Made by a program: the position numbers and the translations under genes. This document shows, piece after piece, positions 52,646 through 64,000 of a DNA stretch of 64,000 nucleotides. The DNA is from Octopus sinensis. Taxonomy: Eukaryota. The notes beneath the pieces were generated by a model that was given only the letters and a program-made list of their open reading frames with translations, did no database searches and had not been told where the DNA came from. The stretch's first letter is position 1; every line of letters begins with the position of its first letter. The stretch spans positions 196,354,001 to 196,418,000 of the forward strand of contig NC_042997.1 of assembly GCF_006345805.1 (NCBI RefSeq), read 5' to 3'.

Positions 52646-53479
52646 GCTGTGGGCAGTAATATATATATCTATATATATATATATTGTATATATATATGTG
52701 TAATATATATGTGTATATATATGTATATATATATGTGTATATATATGTGTATATATATGTGTATATATATGTGTATATATATGTGTATATATATGTGTAT
52801 ATATATGTATATATATATATGTATATATATATTTATATTGATAGTTATATTAATAGTTATCGCCAAGCTAATATGGTAGTCCATAAATATAAGACTAAAG
52901 CTGCCGTTGATTAGCTCCAAGAGGCCATCGCCTCTAGCTAGCTATATGACACACGAACCTGTGTCCATTATAACCTTCGAACAGGGGAGGTCAGCCGCTT
53001 CCCTTTGCTGGTCAGACATCTGCAGACATGTTTCAGGGTATTTGCCCTTTATATATGCAGAGTAGCCAGACCCAGTAGGCGTCGCTACTAACCGTCTGTT
53101 CGAAGGATTATTTACCTAATTTCCTATATATATATTTTGCGTAATGAAATAAAAACCAAGGCTGTGTAGATGATATTAGAACATTTATAGACAGATATGT
53201 AGATATGTATATGGAAATATGGATATGGGTATATATGTATGCATATATTGTAATCTATAAATATTTTATATAATATATGTATTTATGTATATGAGACACA
53301 GAATTCTGATAACGAGATGACGGAAATGTGAATGTAGAGAGAGACATGAAAGATAGAAAATGTGTGAGAGAGAGAGAGAGAGAGAGCGAGGGAGGGACGA
53401 GGAGGGGAGAGATCAGAGGAGAGAGGTAGAGAGGAGAAGAGGAGAGAGAGAGAGGAGGAGAGAGAGAGAGAGAGAGAGA

Positions 53480-53521
<42 letters not shown>

Positions 53522-53525
53522 AGAC

Positions 53526-53557
<32 letters not shown>

Positions 53558-53585
53558 GAAGAGACGGAGAGAGAGAGAGAGAGAG

Positions 53586-53619
<34 letters not shown>

Positions 53620-53689
53620 GGACTAATGTGATAAATGCATCAGATCCAACTTTTATAGATTTTGTCTCAACATGAAATTTAAATGTAAA

Positions 53690-53733
53690 TCAATGATTTG
53701 GGTTAATGATTTCATATCCTGCAACGACCTGAC
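53690..53733 (-). CDS. Candidate terminal exon (tentative)
   Basis: Acceptor ttcgtactttaactgtgttatag; (G)QVVAGYEIINPNH*; phase-compatible with 54967-55047. Confidence 0.25.
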
Positions 53734-53879
53734 CTATAACACAGTTAAAGTACGAAACATTAAGATTACACACACACACATACATATATATACATACATA
53801 CATATGTATATACACACATATGTACGTACATACATGTATACATACATATGTATACATATACATACGTATATACATGCAT

Positions 53880-54700
53880 ACATACGTATATACATACATA
53901 CGTATTTACACACATACGTATATACATACATACGTATTTACACACATACGTATGTATGTATACGTATATACACACATACGTATGTATGTATATGCATACG
54001 TATATACACACATACGTATGTATGTACATACATACGTATATACACACATACGTATGTATGTACATACATACGTATATACACACATACGTATATACACATA
54101 TACGTATATACACACATACGTATGTATGTACATACATACGTATATACACACATACGTATATATGTACATACATACGTATATACACACATACGTATATACA
54201 CACATACGTATGTATGTACATACATACGTATATACACACATACGTATGTATGTACATACATACGTATATACACACATACGTATGTATGTACATACATACG
54301 TATATACACACATACGTATGTATGTACATACATACGTATATACACACATACGTATGTATGTACATACATACGTATATACACACATACGTATATATGTACA
54401 AACATACGTATATACACACATACGTACATACACACATACGTCCATACACACATACGTACATACACACATACGTATGTACATACATACGTATATACACACA
54501 TACGTATGTATGTACGTACATACATACGTATACGTATGCATGTATATACGTATACATGTATATGCATGTATGTATATACATATGCATGTATGTACATATA
54601 TACGCATGTATGTACACATATACGCATGTATGTACATATATACGCATGTATGTATATACATATGCATGTATGTACATATATACGCATGTGCGTACATATA
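53880..54700. repeat. 36-bp minisatellite (tatacacacatacgtatgtatgtacatacatacgta)n followed by a 22-bp array
   Basis: 36-bp period seen directly and as a 12-aa period in the ORF track. Confidence 0.9.
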
Positions 54701-54862
54701 TATGTGCGTACGTATGTTTGTACACACGTATGTATGTACATACATATATATATACACACATCCAAGCATCTATACACATAAATACACCTGTATATATGCA
54801 TATCTTCATATACATGCACACACAAAGCTTTTCCTCGTAATTGTATATACTATATATATATA

Positions 54863-54900
<38 letters not shown>

Positions 54901-54966
54901 GGTGGCATTGCTAAATCAAGATTTCTGCTCTTTTTAGCTTCATCAATACCAAACATCAATTGTCAC

Positions 54967-55047
54967 CGCATGCCAGGCGAACATCGGCCTCTCGCTGATA
55001 GTTAAACAGTGATTGAAGGGTAACTGATGTCGCATTTAGCTGACAGG
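54967..55047 (-). CDS. Candidate internal exon (81 nt)
   Basis: Acceptor tttttattcag, donor G/gtgaca; CQLNATSVTLQSLFNYQREADVRLAC. Confidence 0.3.
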
Positions 55048-55129
55048 CTGAATAAAAATTTCATTATTAGCGGCGGAACCAGTTTTAGTTCAAATTAACG
55101 AACAATATATATATATAATCAAAATTATA

Positions 55130-55245
55130 TATGTATCTACTATGTCTGTGTCTATCTATCACTTCTGTCTATCTACTATTTCTGTCTATCTATCTATCTA
55201 CTATATCTATCTATCTGTCCAGCTATCTGTATATCTGTCTGTCTA

Positions 55246-55277
<32 letters not shown>

Positions 55278-55510
55278 TCCAGCTATCTGTCTGTCTGTCT
55301 ATCAATCTATCCAGCTATCTGTCTGTCTGTCTATCAATCTGTCTGTCTGTCTGTTTACCAATCTATCTGTCTGTCTGTCTATCTATGTCTATCTATGTGT
55401 CTATCCATCTGTCTGTCTATCAATCTATGTCTGTCTGTCTATGTCTATCCATCTGTCTGTCTATGTCTATCTATGTGTCTATCCATCTGTGTCTATATAT
55501 CTATCTACAT
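55130..55510. repeat. Compound (TCTA/TCTG)n microsatellite
   Basis: Direct reading of the sequence. Confidence 0.9.
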
Positions 55511-55673
55511 GTATGTAAATATGTATGTATGTATGATGGTCATATGTTGTAGTTAAGTATCACTTGGAATATCCAATATTGAGGCTCAACAAAACAACAA
55601 CGTTGGAACGGGCGTAGGAAACAAATGAATAAAATTGTGTTTGTATACACCCCACCACATATTCATAATACTA

Positions 55674-55990
55674 AGCGTGGCTTAGTGGTTAGAGTATTCA
55701 ATTCACAATCATAAGGTCGCGAGTTCGATATCCGGCAACGCGTTGTGTCCGTGAGCATGACGCTCTCTTTCTCGTTGCTCCAGTCCACTCAGCTCGCAAT
55801 GACGTGTAGTAACTGTAATTCAAAGGACCAGCTTTGTCACATTCTTTGTCACATGGAATCTTCATGGAAACTACAGTAAGGGTACGTGTGTCTGTGATAT
55901 ACCCAGCCACTTGCACGTAAATTTCACGAGCTGGCTGTTCTGTTAATTGGATCAACTCGAACATACATCGTTGCAACCGACGGAGTGCCA
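55674..55990 (+). mobile_element. SINE family C
   Basis: A/B-box head and family-C tail. Confidence 0.85.
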
Positions 55991-56099
55991 GTTTACACAC
56001 ATACACGCGCGTATATATATATATATATACACATACATATTTATACATACACACACACGCACAGAGACGTGTTTGTTACATGTTTACTGTAATATACAT

Positions 56100-56520
56100 T
56101 CTTTTCTACTCTAGGCACAAAGCCCGAAAATTTGGGGGAGGGGTCCAGTCGATTAGATTTACCACAGTGCGTAACTGGTACTTAATTTATCGACCCCGAA
56201 AGGATGAAAGGCAAAGTCGACCTCGGCAGAATTTGAACTCAGAACGTAAAGACCGCTAAGCATTTCGCTCAGCGTGCTAAGGTTTCTACCAGTTCGCCGC
56301 CTTAATCTTTTCTACTCTAGGCACAAGGTCCGAAATATGTGGGGAGGGGTCCAGTCGATTAGATCGACTCCAGTGCGCAACTGGTACTTTAATTTATCGA
56401 CCAGGAAAGAATGACAGGCAAAGTCGACCTCGGCGGAATTTGAACTCAGAACGTAACGGCAGACTAAATACCGCTAAGCATTTCGCCCGGCGTGCTAACG
56501 TTTCTACCAGTTCTCCACCT
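56100..56520 (-). mobile_element. Two tandem SINE family A copies
   Basis: Both begin cttttctactctaggcacaa on the + strand and carry the family-A core. Confidence 0.85.
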
Positions 56521-57056
56521 TGCTGTTATACACATAAAACGTAAATCTTTCTTGGTTCGTACTATGTTCCGCTATGTTCGTACATGCGTCACTTAATAAA
56601 CACGCTTATGCGTACGTACATACTCAGACATACACATGTATACTTTAAAACTTTGTTTAAAGTATTTGAAATATGAAATAACATGCCGATATATATAAAT
56701 ATAATACAGTAGAATAGATAGATCTAGCAATTGAAGAAACCAGCGATATATCTACGACAGACAGCAGGAAGCGACTCAGTAACAAATCATTAAGAATATG
56801 ATTGATAATGTATGATATAGGAATATATATATATAAGCACACACACACGTATATATATATGCATACATACATATAAACATATACGTACATACATACATAT
56901 AAACATATACGTACATACATATAAACATATACGTACACACATACATACATATAAATAAATACGTACATACATATACACACACACACACACGCACATAAAT
57001 ATATATGTATATATATGCATATGCGTTATCTAATCAAAACACAGAATTCAAAATAC

Positions 57057-57437
57057 AGGTGTGGTTGTGTGGTAAGAGCTTGCTTCTCAAACACAGGGTT
57101 CCGGTTTCAGTCTCACCGTGTGGCACCTTGAATACATATCTTCTACTATAGCCACGGGCCAACCAAAGCCATGTGAGTGGATTTGGTAGATGGAAAACCG
57201 TAAGAGGCCCATCGTGTATATATTATATATATATATTTGTGTGTATGTGTCTGGCCTACCCCTACCATCGCTTGCTAACCAATGCTGGTGTGTTTACGTC
57301 CTCATAACTTAGCGGTTCGGCAAAAGAGACCAACAGAATAAGTTCTAGGCTTACAAAGAATAAGTCCTGGGGTCGATTTGCTCAAATAAAGGCGGTTCTC
57401 CAACATAGCAAAAGGGCGACCGGCTGAAATGTAAGAA
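57057..57437 (+). mobile_element. SINE family B, full length, diverged
   Basis: Head, centre and tail are colinear with 44150-44563. Confidence 0.8.
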
Positions 57438-57519
57438 TGTCATTCTTTCAAGGGGCACCAAACATGACTGTGTAATTTACTTTTACCTAAATAGAAGATA
57501 TATATGGTGCTATCATGTA

Positions 57520-57682
57520 CTAGATATGTGGGGAGGTGGGCCTGTCGATTAGATCGACCCTAGTACGCAACTGGTACTTTAATTTATCGACCCGGAAAGG
57601 ATGAAAGGCAAAGTCGACCTCAGCGGAATTTGAACTCAGAACGTGTAGACAGACGAAATACCCGCTAAGCAATTCGCCCAGC
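57520..57682 (-). mobile_element. SINE family A
   Basis: Family-A core. Confidence 0.8.
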
Positions 57683-58460
57683 TTAAAAGTTTACACGGAG
57701 TGCTGCTTTTAAGCTAGTATATAATATATTGAAGTAACAAAACCTCCGTTTTAGTGATATTATCCCTGAAATTAGGAGAGAAAAATCCCCCTCTAAGAAA
57801 AACAAGGGTGACAACCCTCTATGGGAAACATCACTACTACGTAAGTGAGGTCGCTTGACATACACCGTGTTGTCTCCTTATTAATTTTTATTTTAGATTT
57901 TAAACATCTTATAGGGAGATTTTCTCTTCTAATTGGATGGATAATCACAATTTTTCAGCTTCCTGCAAGACACTGTACTCTATTAGCATTTAGTAAACAG
58001 AAGTCTCCTCTGAGTTATTTGCCCAAGGCAGCCATTATTGTTCATATAACTGATGATGTAGACTCGCTGATATTACAGACTTATTTTACACTTTTTGCCT
58101 TTCACAATTCAATCGAAATTCTTTTTTGTATCGATTTCTATTATTTTTGGAAAAAATTTTCGATAAAATCCGTTGTAGTTAACTTATTCATTCCACATCA
58201 TGGCCAAATAGAATAAATCTCAACTTTCTTTCACAGCAAGTCTCTACTATACTACATAACTTCTGGTCTTCGCCATTTAATACATCCATTCTTCTTCTTC
58301 TGTTAGTTTTTTGAATTAGAGTTTCTTTTATATTATAAATTATTCTCTTTCCATTTCCGAGTTGTTATCGTAGACAGTATACTGCACTCAGTTTGATTCT
58401 AGTTGTATTTTAATGTATACCTACAGTCTCTGTATGTGTGTACCTACGTACGTACGTGTG

Positions 58461-58935
58461 CACTGTATCTATTAATGTATTGAAATGTATGTATGTTTTG
58501 GCTCTGATTAAAATTTTAAAATTATATGCATGTACGTACGTATGTATGCATGTATTTATGTATATTTCGTACATACGTATGTATTATTATTATTATAATA
58601 CATACATATATACATATGCAATTATTATACACTGTATCTATTAATGTATTCAAAGGTATGTATGTTCTGGCTCTGATTGAAATTTTAAAATTATATGCAT
58701 GTACGTACGTATGTATGTATGCATGTATTTATGTATGTATATCTCGCACATACGTATGTATTATTATACATACATATACAATTATAATACACTGTATCTA
58801 TTAATGTATTTAAATGTATATATGTCCTGGCTCTGATTAAAATTATATGTATGTACGTACGTATGTATGCATGAATGTATTTATGTATGTACATTTGGTA
58901 CAATCATATGTATTATTATTATACATACATTTGTA
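58461..58935. repeat. About 165-bp tandem triplication
   Basis: cactgtatctattaatgtat recurs at 58461, 58630 and 58790. Confidence 0.85.
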
Positions 58936-59136
58936 AGCATTTATAATTCTTTAATTGATTTCAGTCATCAGTATGCTGCTATACCGAGGTTATTTCAGTC
59001 TCCTACCTATTTTATCAAAAAATATTGACGATCTTCTAGTTTTGAGGTTCTGAAGATCACAACATACACAAAACACCGGTGTTTAGATCAGTGTAAACAT
59101 AAAATACATACACGCACACCAGCATATAGATATCGA

Positions 59137-59504
59137 GGCACTCTGTCCGTTACGACGACTAGGGTTCCAGTTGATCCGATCAATGGAACAGCCTGCTCGT
59201 GCAAGTGGCTGAGCACTCCACAGACACATGTACCCTTAACGTAGTTCTCGGGGAGATTCAGTATGACACAGTGTGTGACAAGGCTGGTCCTTTGAAATAC
59301 AGGTTCAACAGAAACAGGAACAAAGAGTGAGAGAAAGTTGTGGTGAAAGAGTACAGCAGGGTTCACCACCACCCCTGCCGGAGCCTTGTGGAGCTTTAGG
59401 TGTTTTCGCTCAATAAACACTCACAACACCCTGTCTGGAATCGAAACTGCGATCCTACGACCGCGAGTCCGCTGTTCTAACCCCTTGGCCATTGCGCCTC
59501 CACA
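59137..59504 (-). mobile_element. Chimeric SINE: family-D head with family-C tail
   Basis: Head matches 11641-11830; tail matches 24450-24632. Confidence 0.8.
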
Positions 59505-59710
59505 TATAACTATAGATACGACAGTATAGTATTAAATATCGTGATCTGAAGTTTCATAACTATGAACATCCCTAGACGATCATCCGACGATAAAACTCAG
59601 CTGTAATGCCATAATTCAGTCGACTCGGAAATCCTAGAAATCATCTACTCACCCAAAAAACGAAATACACATGCACTTACAACTCCCATCTCCCATCATA
59701 TCAAAAGTGA

Positions 59711-60523
59711 AGGCGCGTGGCTTTGTGGTTAGGGCATTCAGCTCACGATCGTAAGGTCGTGAGTTCAATTCTCGGTGACGCGTTGCGTCCTTCAGCAACA
59801 CACTTTATTTCACGTTGCTCCAGTCCACTCAGCTGGCTTGGATCGGTAGTCTTCGAAATAGCTTTCTCCTTTCTGGTTTTGAGAAGCCTAATTTCTCAAG
59901 ATTGGAGTATGTATGTACGTACGTACGTATGTATGTACGTATGTACGTACGTACGCATGTATGTACGTACGTACGCATGTATGTACGTACGTACGCATGT
60001 ATGTACGTACGTACGCATGTATGTACGTACGTACGCATGTATGTACGTACGTACGCATGTATGTACGTACGTACGCATGTATGTACGTACGTACGCATGT
60101 ATGTACGTACGTACGCATGTATGTACGTACGTACGCATGTATGTACGTACGTACGCATGTATGTACGTACGTACGCATGTATGTACGTACGTACGCATGT
60201 ATGTATGTATGTATGTATGTATGTACGTATGTATGTATGTATGTATGTATGTATGTACGTACGTACGTACGTACGTACGTATGTATGTATAAAATAGATT
60301 ATATATAAAACATCAAATGATATATCTTGACGGTGATCAAGAGTACCTGCATTTCAAAGCGCCAGCCTTGTCACACTCTGTGTCGCGCTGAGTCTCCCTG
60401 AGAACTACGTTAAGGGTACACGTGTCTGTGGAGTGCTCAGCCACTTACACGCTAATTTCACGAGCAAGCTGTTCCATTGATCGTATCAGCTGGGACCCTC
60501 ATCATCGCAACCGACGGAGTGCT
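59711..60523 (+). mobile_element. SINE family C interrupted by an insertion at 59834-60343
   Basis: Head stops at cagtccactcagctggc and the tail resumes at tacctgcatttcaaag. Confidence 0.85.
59941..60200. repeat. Perfect 20-bp minisatellite (atgtacgtacgtacgcatgt) x13
   Basis: Direct reading of the sequence. Confidence 0.95.
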
Positions 60524-61084
60524 CATACCAAGACCGTTCCTAGAGCTCATTCACACCACAAAGTGTTTAAATTCCCAATTATGATAATTATCTGCACTAT
60601 ATTTCCAGAGAAGACACCTCTTATAAATATTTAATGAAGCTCAAAATATTTAATCGACTTGAAGAATCGCAAGATGAAACTATCAGTCATCGGAGATACT
60701 GATCTTTTCAATTTCCAAACTAAATAATATTCTGCACCACATATCGCATTGAGTACTATTTTCTATTTCTCTTAGTGGTATGTGCAAACAGCCTCAAAAT
60801 CTTCTTAATACATGCACACTCACATAAGTATTCGCACACAGCGAAGCATACATATTATGTGACAATAAGTTACATACATCTAAAGACACACATACACAGT
60901 ATGTACAGTACTCAAAATATTTAAATTTATATACACACACACAAACAAGCACACACAGAGAGTCACCTCCACATGTACACACACACACACACACTCATAT
61001 GTAACGTTATGTAACATAAATATACACATGTAAGCTTTCAAACGTATATTATATATATATACATATATGCATGCTCTTATATAT

Positions 61085-61234
61085 ATATATATATATACAT
61101 ACATACATATGTATGTAGGCTTATATATATATATATACATACATACATATGTATGTAGGCTTATATATATATACACATACATACATATGTATGTAGGCTT
61201 ATATATATATACATACATACATATGTATGTGGCT

Positions 61235-61286
<52 letters not shown>

Positions 61287-61810
61287 CATACATATGTATG
61301 TATGGCTTATATATATATGTATACATACATATGTATGTATGCTTATATATATATATATACATACATATGTATGTATGCTTATATATATATGTATACATAC
61401 ATACGTATGTATGCTTATATATATATGTATACATACATACGTATGTATGCTTATATATATATGTATACATACATACGTATGTATGCTTATATATATATGT
61501 ATACATACATACGTATGTATGCTTATATATATATGTATACATACATACGTATGTATGCTTATATATATATGTATACATACATACGTATGTATGCTTATAT
61601 ATATATATACTACATACGTATGTATGCTTATATATATATGTATGTATACATACATACGTATGTATGCTTATATATATATGTATAATACATACGTATGTAT
61701 GCTTATATATATATGTATACATACATACGTATGTATGCTTATATATATATGTATGTATGCTTATATATATATGTATACATACATACGTATATATGCTTAT
61801 ATATATATGT
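61085..61810. repeat. About 36-bp minisatellite (tatatatatatgtatacatacatacgtatgtatgct)n with variants
   Basis: gctt marker recurs every 36 bp (for example 61413 and 61449). Confidence 0.9.
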
Positions 61811-61875
61811 ATGTATGCTTGTATCTCTCTCTGTATGTATGTATAATACACACACACACACGTATATGACACACG

Positions 61876-62659
61876 CATCCTTACTTCTGTTTTTAATTCC
61901 ATTAACTCTTAATAACGAGTGTCAACGAAATCGTGTCATGTTACTTTTTGCATGTTAACAATGAATATTATTTTAATATGTGAAATGTTAAGCGATTCCA
62001 TTGAAATAACAATGCATACGTGTACAATGGCGTATCTCACACAAGGGTCTTACACTGGTATGTTCTCAATATTTATCTGCATTAAATGAAAATATTTTAC
62101 CTGCCTAGGATAAAAAAGTTTATATATATATATATATATAAGGAAAGGATGAGAAAAACAACTGATACAAAGGGGAAATAACAATGATAGATATGTACTT
62201 ATATAGTCAGTTAGATAGATGAGAAGGTAGATAAATAGATAGATAGACAAGTAGCTAGCGAGGTACGTACACAGATATATGTACACAGTTGGTATTTGAT
62301 GATACAACATGGAATAATCTCCGAACAACAAGAACACACTTCCTATAATGCGGAAAATTGATCTCTGTCTTTTTCGATTTCTTTTTTTCTCACGTATGTA
62401 TATATATATATATAAATATATACACATATATATAGCATCTGAGAGAAAGAGAGAGAGAAAAAAGTCTATCTATCTATATCACTTCATTTTTTTTCCGGAA
62501 TACAAAGAAACTTAGCAACTTTTATATCTATGTAGGTAAAATATTTTCATACAATATTTACAAATATTCCGACATAGCAAAGTAACACCCTTGTGAGATA
62601 TACGCCATTATGCATTCATATATATTATGTATATATGGCCATTATACATACATCTGCAT

Positions 62660-62690
<31 letters not shown>

Positions 62691-62817
62691 GTTATTTTAA
62701 CGAAATCTCTTAACATTTTAAAATAATATTCATTGTCAACGTGCAAAAACCTAGCACAATTTCGTCAGCAGTCATTATTAAGAGTTAATGGAATTGAAAA
62801 CAAGAGAAAGTAGGATG
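61876..62817. repeat. Long imperfect inverted repeat (foldback-like)
   Basis: 61876-62120 matches the reverse complement of 62517-62817, apart from a microsatellite in the right arm. Confidence 0.8.
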
Positions 62818-63461
62818 ACTATGTCGTGTATCCGCTCAGTAAACAGAGGAAGATTGGCACGGGAGATGTAATGTCAGAGAGAAGTAATATAAATTCTAGC
62901 ATTGTGGAAAGAGCTCAGCATGAGTTGAGCTGCAAAGATGTGATGTAGAGGTTGAGCAGAGAACAGGAGAGAGAGAGAGAAACGAATTAAATCTGATGGT
63001 TGATGGAATACAGCGTAGTGGAAGAACTGGTGATTGGCAGAAATAAAATGAGAGAGAGGGAGAGAGGGTGATAAGGAGAAAAGAATGCACTGCTGCGATA
63101 AATGGAAATCAGTCATGTGATACTAATTTCCATTTAATTTTTGTTGTTGTTGTTGCTGCTGTTGTAGCATTGCTTCCATTTGGCAAGGTTTAGCACAACT
63201 CGGTTTTCTCACCAGAGACGTGTTGTTTGAATACTTCTTGCATCGGCCACGTGATCGCTTTGTAAAACTGAACGTTCGTCTTTTGTAAGAATTCACAACT
63301 ATTTAGTCATATTATTATTTAGATTTAGCGAGACCAATGGTTTTACAACCTTTTGCTTCCTATTTTAGCGAATCAATAAGCCTGCGACCCCACTTCACAC
63401 ACACACACACACACTGGATTTATTGCAAAGTGTTCGAGTTTAAGGCCTATAATTAATTGAG

Positions 63462-63627
63462 CTCTTGATCACCGTCAAGATATATCATTTGATGTTTTAT
63501 ATATAATCTATTTTAAACATACATACATACATACATACATACGTACATACATACTCCAGTCTTGAGAAATTAGGCTTCTCAAAACCAGAAAGGAGAAAGC
63601 TATTTCGAAGACTACCGATCCAAGCCA
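63462..63627 (-). repeat. Inverted second copy of the 59834-60343 insertion, with an unexpanded microsatellite
   Basis: Both unique flanks are nearly identical to those of 59834-60343. Confidence 0.9.
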
Positions 63628-64000
63628 TAACTAAAACTGAAAAAATCTGTAAAATTTTCTTTGAGTTTATCATTTGAGTATATATGAACATGTCTAGATA
63701 TGCAACTATATGCATGAGAAGACATCATAAAACAAAACATACAAATCTATGCGTACATATACATACATGCAAAAATACCCTCTTGATGTTGAAATTCCAA
63801 TGAAGCAGCCTTGGATCTAGGTTAGAAACCTGCTCTTTCTCTATTAGCAAGAAATATTGAAATAAAACTGAATGACATACATAAAGACACACACATACAC
63901 ACATACCTGTAAATGTAATATGTGACAATTATTTGTTAGCCATGATAAAACACCGCAGCATCCGAAACTCGGAGTTTTATCATGGCTACCAAGTAATTGT

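Noticed and set aside
53672-54959. Long ORFs (287-397 aa) on both strands, and similar Y/I/T/H/C/V-rich ORFs throughout the window
   Set aside because: They are translations of TA/CA/TACA repeats that simply lack stop codons; they are open in several frames and have no protein-like composition.
58461-61810. CRISPR-like repeat-spacer array
   Set aside because: The repeats are contiguous tandem units without unique spacers, there are no cas genes, and the context is eukaryotic.

Overview
AT-rich, repeat-dominated eukaryotic genomic DNA, most likely from an octopod cephalopod. This is inferred from the SINE families, the (TA)n/(TACA)n/(AAT)n microsatellite load and the transposon types. There is a 100-N scaffold gap at 8301-8400. 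Most long ORFs in the supplied track are microsatellite artefacts. Recognisable content: one well-supported minus-strand terminal coding exon with Gln/His/Pro-rich low complexity (50075-50747) and several weaker candidate exons; one full-length decayed mariner and three other Tc1/mariner relics; CR1/L2-group, RTE, R4/Dong-like and Penelope-like retroelement fragments, some with minimal hammerhead ribozyme motifs; about 35 tRNA-derived SINE copies in four head families; Helentron/Helitron-type non-autonomous elements; MITEs; and minisatellites. Structures not explained by these features: a 933-bp, roughly 85% AT segment bounded by perfect 30-bp inverted repeats (32977-33909); a sequence-identical inverted duplication inside a SINE (12273-12763); an exact 1037-bp tandem duplication between (AAT)n arrays; a long foldback (61876-62817); and a small microsatellite-carrying element present twice in inverted orientation. 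All alignments, counts and family assignments were made by eye and from recalled motifs; no searches were run.
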